The notes under the pieces were generated by a model. The model searched no databases. It was given only the letters and a program-made list of their open reading frames with translations, and had not been told where the DNA came from. Positions 16,499 through 27,077 of a stretch of 64,000 bases of DNA are shown here, in pieces. This DNA is from Nitrosarchaeum sp. Its GTDB lineage: Archaea; Thermoproteota; Nitrososphaeria; Nitrososphaerales; Nitrosopumilaceae. Position numbers and translations under genes: made by a program. Within the stretch, counting starts at the first letter, position 1. Each line of letters opens with the position of its first letter. The stretch spans positions 448,001 to 512,000 of the forward strand of contig OZ245020.1 of the NCBI GenBank assembly GCA_965223865.1, given 5' to 3'.

Positions 16499-17563
16499 TC
16501 AAATTACTTTAGTACTTTTTGCTAGATTTAATGCAATTCTTTCTGTCATTTTAATTTCTTTGAGTATGGTGTATCGTTCAGGCCTCAAATTTTGTGCACT
16601 CATTAATGCATCTATCACTTCTTTGTCTTTTAGGCCAATTTGCTTTGCAGTTGTTGGTGCACCAACTTCTTTTAATGTCTTGACAATTTTTTTCCAGTTT
16701 TGTCCCTGTAACTTTGCCATCATTATTGATCCAATTCCACATTTTTCACCATGTAAGCCTTTTTCAGGTGCAATTTTGTCTAATGCATGAGAAAAAAGAT
16801 GCTCAGCTCCAGAACATGGTCTACTGCTTCCTGCTATGCAAGAGGCAACACCTGCACTAATTAATGCCTCAACAATAACTCTAGCATCTAATCCCTTTTT
16901 GGCAAACTTTTTAGAATTCTCAAAAACTATCTTGGCACTCATCATCGATAAATCAGCTGAGTACATACCATAATATTCTCCAGTTTTTTCATGACCTAAC
17001 TGCCAATCTTTGACTGCAATCATATTTGCTATCAAATCTCCACATCCACTGGACAGAAGCTTTGTCGGAGCTTTTTTGATAATATCAATATCTACAAAAA
17101 CCCCTAGAGGTGCTGTGGCAACCATTGAATGAGGCTTGTCACTTTTTATGGACACAAAGGGACTTGCCATCCCGTCATGTGAAGCTGCAGTTGGAACACT
17201 CACAAATGGAATATCTAGGTTAAATGCAACCATTTTTGCAGTATCTACTGAGCGTCCTCCTCCTAGTCCAGCAATAAGATCGCTACGATCTTTTTTTACA
17301 TCTTTTTGGATCTGATTCAGAGTTTCTATCTTGTTATCTTTTGAGGTATGCCAAGTAAAAGCAATTTTTTTTCTTTTTAACGACCTTTCAATTTGTTGTT
17401 TGAAAATTTTTTTAACATGAATTCCAGAAATTAATGAAACTTTTTTTGGCTTGTTTAATGAAAGTACAAACTCCCCAAATTCACCAATATTTTTATCACC
17501 AATTACAATCAGCCTGGGCAGTTCCATCGTATGAGATTGCATGCGATCTTGCTTTGTTATCAT
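16499..17563 (-). CDS. egsA: sn-glycerol-1-phosphate dehydrogenase
   Basis: GGGRSVD, PTAASHDG, SRPCSGAEHLFSH, HGEKCG motifs. Confidence 0.95.
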   Translation of the reverse strand: MITKQDRMQSHTMELPRLIVIGDKNIGEFGEFVLSLNKPKKVSLISGIHVKKIFKQQIERSLKRKKIAFTWHTSKDNKIETLNQIQKDVKKDRSDLIAGLGGGRSVDTAKMVAFNLDIPFVSVPTAASHDGMASPFVSIKSDKPHSMVATAPLGVFVDIDIIKKAPTKLLSSGCGDLIANMIAVKDWQLGHEKTGEYYGMYSADLSMMSAKIVFENSKKFAKKGLDARVIVEALISAGVASCIAGSSRPCSGAEHLFSHALDKIAPEKGLHGEKCGIGSIMMAKLQGQNWKKIVKTLKEVGAPTTAKQIGLKDKEVIDALMSAQNLRPERYTILKEIKMTERIALNLAKSTKVI

Positions 17564-17631
17564 TATTTATCATTTGAAGGGATCAAAAAGTTATTTAAAA
17601 GGGTGTCATGCCACTTAGATCATCTCTATAG

Positions 17632-18273
17632 GTGTATTTTTTGTCAAATAACGTTGAAGAAAAAATTCTGCACGGGACAACCACTGTAGGTATCAAGGCT
17701 AAGGACGGCATAGTCTTATGTGCTGACATGAGAGCTAGTGCTGGCTATTTTATTGCAAATAACAATACAATGAAAATTCAAAAAATTGATGATCATGCAG
17801 GACTAACCCTAGCAGGTGGAGTAGCTGATGCTCAAAATATTGTCGATATTCTTCGTTACCATTCCAATCTACATAGAGTAGAAAAACAAGAACCAATTGC
17901 AATTCATTCTCTTGCAAGACTTTGTTCACTCATCTTTCACCAAAATCGTGGTTATCCGTTTATGGCAGATATCTTGATAGGTGGTTATGACTCAAATGGA
18001 CCTGCATTATTCAACGTTGACATGTTTGGTTCAGTTGAAGCAAAAAACTATGTAACAACAGGAAGTGGTTCTCCTGTTGCATATGGTACGTTAGAGGAGG
18101 AATATAGTCCTGATCTAACTATCGAAGAAGCAAAGAAAGTTGCTCTTAAGGCAGTAAAAGCAGCAATCGTAAGAAATATTGGAACTGGTGACGGAATTAA
18201 CGTTGCCATCATGGATAAAGACGGATTCCGTCTATTAACCAATGAACAAAAGAAAGCAATTATAGAACTTTAG
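17632..18273 (+). CDS. psmB: proteasome subunit beta
   Basis: propeptide then HG-TTTVG Ntn-hydrolase start; GSGS motif. Confidence 0.95.
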   Translation: MYFLSNNVEEKILHGTTTVGIKAKDGIVLCADMRASAGYFIANNNTMKIQKIDDHAGLTLAGGVADAQNIVDILRYHSNLHRVEKQEPIAIHSLARLCSLIFHQNRGYPFMADILIGGYDSNGPALFNVDMFGSVEAKNYVTTGSGSPVAYGTLEEEYSPDLTIEEAKKVALKAVKAAIVRNIGTGDGINVAIMDKDGFRLLTNEQKKAIIEL

Positions 18274-18280
18274 TGATTTA

Positions 18281-20218
18281 ATGCAACGAAAACAGCAACA
18301 AAAAGAAATACCTTCTAGCCAAAATATAATGGCCACCATACTGCAAAGTATTCCAAAAGAAGCAAATGTAACTAAAATTGAATATGAAGGACCACGAATA
18401 GCACTTTACACTAATGCACCTCGTTATTTGATGGAAAATAACGAAAAAATTTCTAATCTTGTAAATATCATAAAAAAAAGAATTGTAGTTAGAACAGACG
18501 AATCAATTCGTAAAACAGAAGAAGATGCTAGGAAAATCCTTACAGAATGTATTCCAAAGGATGCTAACTTTCAAGGTGCATTCTTTGACACAGCTACAGG
18601 TGAAGTATCAATTGAAGCAAAAAGACCCTGGTTACTTCAAAGAGACGCAAAAGAATTCAATCATGCTGAAGTTACTGAAAAAATTGGTTGGAAGTTAAGA
18701 ATACGAAAAGCAACAACAATCCCTTCTCGTACAATTCAAACAATAAATTCAAACCTAAAACTTTCATCAGCTGAGAGAAGTAAGCAATTCAGACAGATTG
18801 GAGATGAAATTTTTAGGCCGAGATTGGCGCAAAAATCCGAGGTTTCTCTTCTAACCCTAGGAGGCTTTGGTCAGGTAGGAAGATCCTGCATGTTATTATC
18901 CACACCTGAAAGCAAAATCCTAGTAGACTGTGGAATTAATCCGGGGGCAAAACATCCAATGGATGCATTTCCAAGACTAGATTGGGCAAATATTACCCTT
19001 GATGAACTTGATGCAATAGTAATAGGACATGCCCATTTAGATCATACGGGATTTTTGCCAGCCTTGTGTAAATATGGGTATAAGGGACCAATCTATTGCA
19101 CTGAACCAACACTACCCATGATGAATCTAATTCAATTAGATGCAATCAAAGTTGCTGCTGCTCAAGGAAGAACACCAATGTATGCTGAAAGAGATGTAAA
19201 ACAAATCATGAAGCAAGCTATAACCTTACCTTATGGAACCGTAACAGACATCTCTCCTGATATTAAACTCGTTCTTGCAAATGCCGGCCACATACTTGGT
19301 TCAGCATTATGTCATTTCCACATTGGAAATGGCGATCATAACTTTGTGTATTCTGGTGATATTAAATACGGAAAGAGTATTCTCTTTGAGGCGGCAAGTT
19401 GGAATTTCCCAAGAGTTGAAACACTTCTAGTTGAGAGCACTTATGGCGCAAAAGAAGACATTCAGCCATCAAGACAAGAGGTTGAATCTGCTTTCATTAA
19501 TGCAGTAAACAATACACTTGCTGATGGCGGCAAAGTTCTCATACCAATTCCTGCAGTAGGTCGTGCTCAAGAGATCATGATGGTAATAGATCACTACATG
19601 AAATCAGGAGAAATGGTAGAAGCTCCTGTTTTTACTGAGGGAATGATTTCAGAGGCATCTGCAATTCATGAAGCATACCCTGAATATCTTGCAAGAGAAC
19701 TAAAACAAAAAATCCTTGAAACAGATGACAATCCTTTTGATTCTGAATACTTTACAAATATAGAACATGCAGATGCAAGAGAAGAACCAATGAGAGACAA
19801 CTCTCCTTGTATAATTTTGGCAACATCTGGTATGCTTGAAGGAGGACCTGTTTTAGAATACTTCAAAAACATTGCTCCTGATGAAAAAAACAAGGTACTT
19901 TTTGTTTCATATCAAGTGAATGGAACTTTAGGTAGAAGAGTTTTAGATGGTTCAAAACAAGTTTCAATGTTAGGCAAAGAAGGAAAAGTTGAGGTTATTA
20001 CAATAAACTGTGGAGTTGAAAAACTAGATGGATTCAGTGGACACAGTGATTATAATCAACTGATGTCTTTCGTCCAGAAACTAAGACCCAAGCTTCGTAG
20101 AGTTCTTGTCAATCACGGAGAACGAAAAAAATCAGAGAATCTTGCAATGAATATAAGAAGAATGTATAGAGTTCCAGCTCACTATCCACAAATCCAAGAA
20201 GCAATAAAATTATTTTAG
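18281..20218 (+). CDS. fttA: KH-domain beta-CASP ribonuclease aCPSF1 (transcription termination factor)
   Basis: N-terminal KH region, HAHLDH, AGHILGS, FSGHSD, HGE motifs; follows psmB. Confidence 0.93.
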   Translation: MQRKQQQKEIPSSQNIMATILQSIPKEANVTKIEYEGPRIALYTNAPRYLMENNEKISNLVNIIKKRIVVRTDESIRKTEEDARKILTECIPKDANFQGAFFDTATGEVSIEAKRPWLLQRDAKEFNHAEVTEKIGWKLRIRKATTIPSRTIQTINSNLKLSSAERSKQFRQIGDEIFRPRLAQKSEVSLLTLGGFGQVGRSCMLLSTPESKILVDCGINPGAKHPMDAFPRLDWANITLDELDAIVIGHAHLDHTGFLPALCKYGYKGPIYCTEPTLPMMNLIQLDAIKVAAAQGRTPMYAERDVKQIMKQAITLPYGTVTDISPDIKLVLANAGHILGSALCHFHIGNGDHNFVYSGDIKYGKSILFEAASWNFPRVETLLVESTYGAKEDIQPSRQEVESAFINAVNNTLADGGKVLIPIPAVGRAQEIMMVIDHYMKSGEMVEAPVFTEGMISEASAIHEAYPEYLARELKQKILETDDNPFDSEYFTNIEHADAREEPMRDNSPCIILATSGMLEGGPVLEYFKNIAPDEKNKVLFVSYQVNGTLGRRVLDGSKQVSMLGKEGKVEVITINCGVEKLDGFSGHSDYNQLMSFVQKLRPKLRRVLVNHGERKKSENLAMNIRRMYRVPAHYPQIQEAIKLF

Positions 20219-20488
20219 ATCATATTCTGGTTTCCAGATTTTAATATTTGATGGTGCTACAATTATTCTCTCTTCACCTAACCTTGCAATATCGGCACCG
20301 GCAGTCTTTGCTATAGAATACAGCTCTTCTACAACTTTTCGTAGTTGCTCTACATCTTTTTGGGCCAAAGGCGTAACCCTTAGAATTAAAATCATTTCTT
20401 TTTTGATGTCTTCTTTGATTGAATGCACATCACTAATGTCACGAATAGTAATTGCTTTCAAATATGTTGGATTTTCCTGCTTTTGCAT
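20210..20488 (-). CDS. sepF: SepF-like (DUF552) protein
   Basis: 92 aa with GADIARLGEERIIVAP C-terminal signature. Confidence 0.75.
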   Translation of the reverse strand: MQKQENPTYLKAITIRDISDVHSIKEDIKKEMILILRVTPLAQKDVEQLRKVVEELYSIAKTAGADIARLGEERIIVAPSNIKIWKPEYDLK

Positions 20489-20561
20489 CCTTGAGGAAAA
20501 TGTGATCTACTCCCTCAAAAACTCTTCCTTAGCTTCGGCTATTTTTTTAAAAAATTTACGC

Positions 20562-21614
20562 CTAAATTCTAAATTTAATGTAATCTTCTTCTTTGGCACC
20601 CTGAGTTAAGATTTCTTCTTTGAAATTTTTCGTATTAGAGACTACATATGCTTGTTTGTCTTTTGGAGCATCAGAATACCTTAGAGTTACAGATACTGCA
20701 AATGAAATATGACTTGATGCATTTTTTCCACGTAATATAGAGACTGGTCCAACATGATCACGTGCTTCAAGTAAAATATCATCAGGTAATGCTACCGCTT
20801 TAATGATTTCATTTTCATCTTTGTTTCTTCCAACAACAAATTTAGTTTCTTCATCTAATCTAAAATGCCTTCCAATTTTTAGCAAATCAATATCATTAAT
20901 TGTTGGAGTCTCAGTATGTTCAAACAAATCTTTTGCCTTTATTCCAAAAGCTGGATCAGTTAAGAGACACCCACCACCAGCATTTGGTGGATTTTCTATT
21001 CCATACTTTTTTGCCATTTCTAATTGTGCTCGTCTTGTTCTTCCTTTGATCATTCCGAGGTTTTCTCTTTTGATTAATCCCCCTTTTTCTGGATCGGTTT
21101 CTGGTAACAAACCAGCAGATAATGGTCTGACAATTTTTCCAACAAGTCCAGATTCTTTTTCAATAGTCCTTAGAGCAGGTGCATGCTGACTCATTGGTCT
21201 TTGTCCTAAAACTTCACCTGAAATAATAAACTCTGCACCAATCTCTTTCATGTGTTTTTTTGCAGCTTCAAACATCATAGACCTGCAATCTACACACGGA
21301 TTGAATCCTGCACCTGTACCATATTTTGGATTTTTTAGCATCTCAATATATTCATCACCAAGATAAACTGTTTTTAGATTAACATTGAGTTCATCAGATC
21401 TTTCTCGAATCTCAAAACCACAACCCCTACCACAATCAAAGTCACAAAATGGGGTCTTTATTGCAACTGCTGAAACATCAAAACCTTGCTCCTGCATCAT
21501 TCTAACGGCAAGCTGACTATCCAATCCTCCTGAAAGCAAAGCAACTACTTTCTTTTTTTCCTCAGTCACAATTTCAAAGCAAAAAATCGCATATACAAAC
21601 TTTGCATCATACAT
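20562..21614 (-). CDS. PP-loop tRNA thiolation-type enzyme (ThiI/MnmA-like with DUF814-like C-terminus)
   Basis: LLSGGLDS, NPCVDCR, GEVLGQRPMSQ, AGGGCLLT, VVGRN motifs. Confidence 0.8.
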   Translation of the reverse strand: MYDAKFVYAIFCFEIVTEEKKKVVALLSGGLDSQLAVRMMQEQGFDVSAVAIKTPFCDFDCGRGCGFEIRERSDELNVNLKTVYLGDEYIEMLKNPKYGTGAGFNPCVDCRSMMFEAAKKHMKEIGAEFIISGEVLGQRPMSQHAPALRTIEKESGLVGKIVRPLSAGLLPETDPEKGGLIKRENLGMIKGRTRRAQLEMAKKYGIENPPNAGGGCLLTDPAFGIKAKDLFEHTETPTINDIDLLKIGRHFRLDEETKFVVGRNKDENEIIKAVALPDDILLEARDHVGPVSILRGKNASSHISFAVSVTLRYSDAPKDKQAYVVSNTKNFKEEILTQGAKEEDYIKFRI

Positions 21615-21640
21615 AAATTAAGAATACACAAAACTGTCTC

Positions 21641-22705
21641 GTGAAACAGCGAAGAAAAAACCTCCTTAAATTTGCCAAGAAAATAAACTGTGACACACTA
21701 GTTACTTTTGAGCCTGAAAATCTATTTTACATGACAGGATTTTGGGGTGAGGCAATTGGATTACTAGAAAAAAATGGAAAAACCACAATTATTACTCCTG
21801 AATTGGAAGTTGGGCGTGCAAAAGCAGAATCTGAAGACTGTGATGTAATTACTGCTGAACGGGGTACTGGGCTTATATCCTCACTGGTAAATAAAATCAA
21901 GAAAAATAGAGTATGCACTGACTGTCAGAACTACTCTGTAATGATGTCTCTGAAAAAATCAATTCCAAAAATAAAATCCTCTACTGAACCGTTTTACAAT
22001 TCTCGGATTCTCAAAGATGAAAAAGAAATTACAATTCTCAAAAAAGCTTCAAAAATAATTGATGAGATGTTTGAGATTTGCTCAAAAAAGATGAGAATTG
22101 GACAAAAAGAGACTGAACTCCAAGCAATTCTAATGTCTTATGCCATAAATCAGAAGATGTTTGACACTGGATACAAATCCACTCTCAACCCGCTTATAAT
22201 CGCAGGTGGACCAAATGGAGCATTACCACATGCACAGGTAACTGAAAGAAAATTCAAGAAAGGTGACCTTGTGGTAGTTGATCTTACACTTCGATACAAG
22301 GGATACGTCTCAGATGCCACAAGAACATTTGCGATAGGAAAAATTTCTCCATTAGCTGATCAAGCTTACGAAATTGTCAAAGAATCACAGAGACTTGGAT
22401 TAAAAGCCGTAAAACCTGGTAATGATTGTAAAAATGTAGATCTTACTTGCAGAAAATACATTGAAGATAAAAATTTTGGAAAATACTTTATTCATTCTAC
22501 CGGTCATGGTATAGGCCTTGAAGTTCACGAGTTACCAAACATATCATACAAAAGTCAAACCAAACTAGAAAAAAATATGGCAATTACAGTAGAACCTGGA
22601 ATTTACATTGAAAACAAATTTGGAATTAGAATTGAGGATTCATTAATTGTAAAAGAAAAGCCCATTGTAATGCACAAATTTACCAAAGATCTTGTTATAA
22701 TTTGA
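21641..22705 (+). CDS. Xaa-Pro aminopeptidase / prolidase (M24)
   Basis: SDATRT, HSTGHGIGLEVHE, EPGIY, GIRIED motifs. Confidence 0.92.
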   Translation: MKQRRKNLLKFAKKINCDTLVTFEPENLFYMTGFWGEAIGLLEKNGKTTIITPELEVGRAKAESEDCDVITAERGTGLISSLVNKIKKNRVCTDCQNYSVMMSLKKSIPKIKSSTEPFYNSRILKDEKEITILKKASKIIDEMFEICSKKMRIGQKETELQAILMSYAINQKMFDTGYKSTLNPLIIAGGPNGALPHAQVTERKFKKGDLVVVDLTLRYKGYVSDATRTFAIGKISPLADQAYEIVKESQRLGLKAVKPGNDCKNVDLTCRKYIEDKNFGKYFIHSTGHGIGLEVHELPNISYKSQTKLEKNMAITVEPGIYIENKFGIRIEDSLIVKEKPIVMHKFTKDLVII

Positions 22706-22707
22706 GC

Positions 22708-23235
22708 CTAGTCATAAAAGTCTACTAAATCAATAATGTGCTTTGACTCTGGATTATTCCCTTTAATCTCTCCAGTTTCTGCATTAACATTCCAATCATA
22801 ATTTAGCTCACCCTTATATGATTGAAAATTCAAAGTAACCTGATGGTCTTTTGATTCTGTAATGGTAACCAAAAGATTTACAGATGTTTTCTTGTTGTCA
22901 TAAATTTTTTCATCAGGATATTCTTCACTTATTTTATTTGATATTGCATCTAATACACTAAGACCCACGTCATTTGGCCCTTTGTAGGACATTAGAGTAT
23001 CTACAATCTTCCTCTCTTCTTCTGAGAGATTTTCTGGAAATTTACTTTGTAGATCTCCTTTGGTTAGTTCAGGAACAACAAAGACAACAATTAATGCAAT
23101 TACACCCAAGTAAATTGGAGCACGTTTTTTTACAAATTTTTTAAATTCAGATTCTTTTGCCTTTTCTTCTTTCTTTTTTGAACCTCTTGCCATGACCATC
23201 ACTAGTTTTTTGCAGTTAAAATTAAAACTTCCCAA
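22708..23235 (-). CDS. membrane-anchored hypothetical protein
   Basis: basic N-terminus, one TM helix, soluble C-domain. Confidence 0.7.
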   Translation of the reverse strand: MGSFNFNCKKLVMVMARGSKKKEEKAKESEFKKFVKKRAPIYLGVIALIVVFVVPELTKGDLQSKFPENLSEEERKIVDTLMSYKGPNDVGLSVLDAISNKISEEYPDEKIYDNKKTSVNLLVTITESKDHQVTLNFQSYKGELNYDWNVNAETGEIKGNNPESKHIIDLVDFYD

Positions 23236-24056
23236 GGAAACTTGATTATTCCATTTCTTTTTGTATACTGATTGGTATTTTCTAGAACCTTTTCTTTCAA
23301 TTCCCTTTTTGTTTTTATTTCCAGGGAATCAAGTTTTTCCTTTAGGGGCTTTGCAACGTATTTTAGATAATTTCTCCAGTAATCTTCAAATTTTCCTGGA
23401 CTATACTTGAACACATAATCTTTTACTGATATGTTTGAAAATCCTGCTTTTTTTGCTTCCTTGCTAAGTGAAGATTTTGTTCCAAATCTATCCAAATTTG
23501 GAGATTCCGGGGGAACATAGTCTGGAATAAATTCCAAAACTGCATCAAGTATGTTGCTAAAAAATGGAACGTTATCTCTATTGCCATGAACTGAGATGCC
23601 TATCTTTCCATTTTTTTTCAGGCTGTTTTTCATGTTTTTAAGGGCTCTTTGTGCATTTGGAAAAAAGAACAGTGCATACTGACATGTAATTGCATCAAAG
23701 CATCTAGTAAAATTAAATTTCTCAGCATCCGTGTTTACAAAATCTAAATTTGATTTTGAATCATTCCATTTTTTTGCAATTTTGATTGCAGTAGCTGAAG
23801 TATCTACACCAACAACATATCCTGACTTTCCAATTCTTTGACTAATCTTTTTTGTGACTACTCCCGTACCACATGCAACATCCAAGATTGTATCCCCTTT
23901 TTTTAATTCCATTAATTGAACTAGTTTTGATGTACTCTGAAAAGGTCCATCATTGATACTAGCCCATCTTTTATGATACCTAGGCGCTACCTCATTCCAG
24001 ATACTCATGTTCCTTTGCTTGTATTGTATCTGATTGAATCTCATTTTACATTTCAT
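23202..24056 (-). CDS. class I SAM-dependent methyltransferase (UbiE-like)
   Basis: ILDVACGTG motif I. Confidence 0.88.
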   Translation of the reverse strand: MKCKMRFNQIQYKQRNMSIWNEVAPRYHKRWASINDGPFQSTSKLVQLMELKKGDTILDVACGTGVVTKKISQRIGKSGYVVGVDTSATAIKIAKKWNDSKSNLDFVNTDAEKFNFTRCFDAITCQYALFFFPNAQRALKNMKNSLKKNGKIGISVHGNRDNVPFFSNILDAVLEFIPDYVPPESPNLDRFGTKSSLSKEAKKAGFSNISVKDYVFKYSPGKFEDYWRNYLKYVAKPLKEKLDSLEIKTKRELKEKVLENTNQYTKRNGIIKFPWEVLILTAKN

Positions 24057-24073
24057 CTCTTAATTTATGCAAT

Positions 24074-24226
24074 TTAATCTGATTCTAACTGCCGACCTGT
24101 TTCATGATAATACCTATGCTGAAGCTCTCCTAACTTTTCAACATATTTTTTACTGTATGATTTTTTCAACTTTATCTTAATTCCTTTATACTCTGCAACA
24201 AGTTTTCGAAGCTCTGATTTTTTCAA
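24074..24226 (-). CDS. small basic protein (50 aa, not in ORF track)
   Basis: TTG start 1 nt after coaBC stop; MKKSELRKLVAEYKGIKIKLKKSYSKKYVEKLGELQHRYYHETGRQLESD*; fills the operon gap. Confidence 0.6.
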   Translation of the reverse strand: MKKSELRKLVAEYKGIKIKLKKSYSKKYVEKLGELQHRYYHETGRQLESD

Positions 24227-24227
24227 T

Positions 24228-25487
24228 TTACTTTTTCAATTGATTTTCTAGTTCTCTTCTGATAAACTTTGCAATTTTTTGCTTTTTTACCCAACCTGAT
24301 GAACTTACTTTTTTTGAATTTACAATAATTACCTCATTGTTGTCTGGATTTTTTCTATACCTTGTACTGCCAATATCATTAGCTACTATCAAATCTGCTT
24401 CTGATTCGACCATCTTCTTTTTTGCTTCATTAATCAAATCTTTTTTTGATAAATTTGTCTCTGCTTTGAATCCAATCAAAAGGACATCTTTTTGGATTTT
24501 TTTTACTTGATTGATAATTTTGGGGGTTTTTTTGAGGCTAACTTCTAGCGTACTTTGGGAGCTTTTGATCTTCTTTTTACTTGGCTTTTCAGGAGTATAG
24601 TCTGCAGCTGCTGCCGCCATAATTACAACATCAAGTTTTTTCTTCATTGTTTTTTTTACTGCATCAAACATTTCTTTGCCAGTTGAAACCCTAATCACTT
24701 TAGCTCCTTTGGGTGGTTTTTCTGTGCCGGGCCCATAAACCAAGGTTACTTTGGCCCCTGCTGAAATTAATTCCTTAGCTAATAACACTCCTGTTTTGCC
24801 TGAACTCTGATTAGTTATCACCCTTACAGGATCAATGTATTCTATTGTTGGACCTGCAGTCATTAGCACTTTTTTATTTTTTAATTCAGATGAAAATCCA
24901 AACTTCCTTAACACATGATCTAAGACATCTTCAGGCTCTGGAGCTTTTGCTTTTCCTTCAATCATTTGTGGACTAAGAAATTGGATTTTTCTTTTTAGAA
25001 AATCTATGTTCTTTTTTACTGCAGAATTATCATACATTGATTCATGCATAGCAAGACACATCAGAATTGGAATCTTTGATCCAAATCCTACCGTAAGAAC
25101 CGTAGATATTGGAGTATCATCAATACCATTTGCAAGTTTTCCAAGAGTATTTGCTGTAGCTGGATATACTATTATCAAGTCTGATTGATTATAATCTGCC
25201 AATCTGATGTGTTCTAATTCGCCAGTAAGTTTTGAAATGACTTTATTTCCAGTTGCCCATTTGAAATAATCTGGTTGAACGAGTTTGGTAACTGCACTAC
25301 TAGCTACACATGTAACATTTGCACCATGTCTCATCAATAGTCTGGCTAACTCAATTGCTTTGTATGCAGCAACGCTTCCTGCAACGCAAAGAACTATTCT
25401 TTTACCTGTTAATTCAACACCATGAGAAAAAACAATATCTAATGAAGGATGATCGTTTTTTGAGATTTTTTTAGCTACCAATTTCAT
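24228..25487 (-). CDS. coaBC: phosphopantothenoylcysteine decarboxylase/ligase
   Basis: GSVAAYK, PATAN, TAGPT.EYIDPVRVITNQSSGKTG, GFKAE motifs. Confidence 0.95.
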   Translation of the reverse strand: MKLVAKKISKNDHPSLDIVFSHGVELTGKRIVLCVAGSVAAYKAIELARLLMRHGANVTCVASSAVTKLVQPDYFKWATGNKVISKLTGELEHIRLADYNQSDLIIVYPATANTLGKLANGIDDTPISTVLTVGFGSKIPILMCLAMHESMYDNSAVKKNIDFLKRKIQFLSPQMIEGKAKAPEPEDVLDHVLRKFGFSSELKNKKVLMTAGPTIEYIDPVRVITNQSSGKTGVLLAKELISAGAKVTLVYGPGTEKPPKGAKVIRVSTGKEMFDAVKKTMKKKLDVVIMAAAAADYTPEKPSKKKIKSSQSTLEVSLKKTPKIINQVKKIQKDVLLIGFKAETNLSKKDLINEAKKKMVESEADLIVANDIGSTRYRKNPDNNEVIIVNSKKVSSSGWVKKQKIAKFIRRELENQLKK

Positions 25488-26310
25488 CTCGTAATTTTTT
25501 TAGCTCTTCTTTTTCCATTGAAAACCAATTCTCTTGGGCAGGAAATGTTCCTGATTCTATGTCAGTTTTGTATTTTTTTAGGGACTCTACGATATCTTCA
25601 GATAAATTCATGTATCTTTTTGCAAATTTTGGTTTTATCTTATCATACATACCAAGTAAATCTTGAACCACAAGAACTTGACCGTTACATCCGGCACCTG
25701 AACCAATACCTATAGTTGGCACACTGATAGTTTCAGAAATTATTTCTGTCACTTCATGGCTTATCATTTCTAATGCAATACTGAAAACTCCAGCTTCTTC
25801 AAGCTTCTTTGCGTCTTGAATTAATTTCATGGCTGTATCTTTTGTTTTTCCCTGAACTTTGTATCCTTCTGATAACATTGTTGTTTGTGGTTGTAAACCA
25901 ATGTGACCCATTACAGGAATTCCAATATCAACAATTGCACTAATTGTTTCAGCCATTGGAGATCCTCCTTCAAGTTTTATGGCGTCTGCTCCTGCTTTAA
26001 CCAGTCGTCCAGAATTTCTTATTGCATCATCAACACTTACTTGATATGACATAAAAGGCAAGTCTGCAACTAACAAAGAATTCTGTCGTGCTCTACTAAC
26101 TGCTTCAGTAAACATACACATCTGTTCCATTGTTACAGGAATTGTATTTTCATATCCCAGCATTACCATACCAGCACTATCACCAACAAGTAATACATCA
26201 ATTCCAGCTTTATCACACAATGATGCTAAAGTATAATCATAACTTGTAATGACTGAGATTTTTTCTCCAGTTTTTTTCATTTTAATAATGTCTTGAACTG
26301 ATTTATGCAA
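25471..26310 (-). CDS. panB: ketopantoate hydroxymethyltransferase
   Basis: LLVGDS, KLEGG, GHIGLQPQ motifs. Confidence 0.95.
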   Translation of the reverse strand: MHKSVQDIIKMKKTGEKISVITSYDYTLASLCDKAGIDVLLVGDSAGMVMLGYENTIPVTMEQMCMFTEAVSRARQNSLLVADLPFMSYQVSVDDAIRNSGRLVKAGADAIKLEGGSPMAETISAIVDIGIPVMGHIGLQPQTTMLSEGYKVQGKTKDTAMKLIQDAKKLEEAGVFSIALEMISHEVTEIISETISVPTIGIGSGAGCNGQVLVVQDLLGMYDKIKPKFAKRYMNLSEDIVESLKKYKTDIESGTFPAQENWFSMEKEELKKLRDEIGS

Positions 26311-27067
26311 TTTTAGATCTCCTGGATAAATTATTTTTTATTTCAAGAATATTTTCTGAAAGATTTTTCTTGTTATCAAAATCTTTAATGATTTTTTGAA
26401 GAGATGAACGATTTTTTTTAGACATTTTTTTACATAGATCAATTAACAAATCTATACCTCGTGTGACGTTATCTACAATTGTTATGTTTGCAGTCTGCGA
26501 TGTTCTTGAGAGCGGGTTTAGATCAAATGTAATGACTGTTTTTCCAGCCTTTCTTAATGCCAATGTCCTGTCTCCATCCTCTAGGGGAACAACTACAACA
26601 TCTGCTGAAAAAATTCCATTTTTATCTACAATCCTTCTTGACGAATCAATTCCAGGCAATGTGGCCTTTGAATCCTTATCTGTGCCTAGAATCTCCTTTG
26701 CACCGCTATTTTTTAGGATCTTAACGATGTTTTCTTTTCTTTTCTCGTTGGCATAAAACAAATTTACTTCAATTTTGGCGTTTACAGTCTTTGCTAATCT
26801 AACAACTTCCTTTGGGCATAATGCGGCAAGATTTCCATTTACAGAAATTACTGGAAAATCTGCTAAAAGAATCTGAGCAGCTGATGCCCTGATCGCCTTT
26901 TTTGCTGTCTTGCCAGTTTTTTCACCTAACAAATAATCAAATGCCTCTCCTCTACCTTGAGCAAGAAGTCCTTCCTTTGCAACTAGTCCATTATCAAAAC
27001 CACTAACTAGCCTTTCTCTAATTAATAATGATTTAACTCTGGGATGGGATTTTGGAATTATAGTCAT
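26303..27067 (-). CDS. 4-phosphopantoate-beta-alanine ligase (phosphopantothenate synthetase)
   Basis: GRGEAFDYLLGE, VPLEDGDR, DLNPLSRT motifs; CoA cluster context. Confidence 0.92.
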   Translation of the reverse strand: MTIIPKSHPRVKSLLIRERLVSGFDNGLVAKEGLLAQGRGEAFDYLLGEKTGKTAKKAIRASAAQILLADFPVISVNGNLAALCPKEVVRLAKTVNAKIEVNLFYANEKRKENIVKILKNSGAKEILGTDKDSKATLPGIDSSRRIVDKNGIFSADVVVVPLEDGDRTLALRKAGKTVITFDLNPLSRTSQTANITIVDNVTRGIDLLIDLCKKMSKKNRSSLQKIIKDFDNKKNLSENILEIKNNLSRRSKIA

Positions 27068-27077
27068 CTGGATTCAA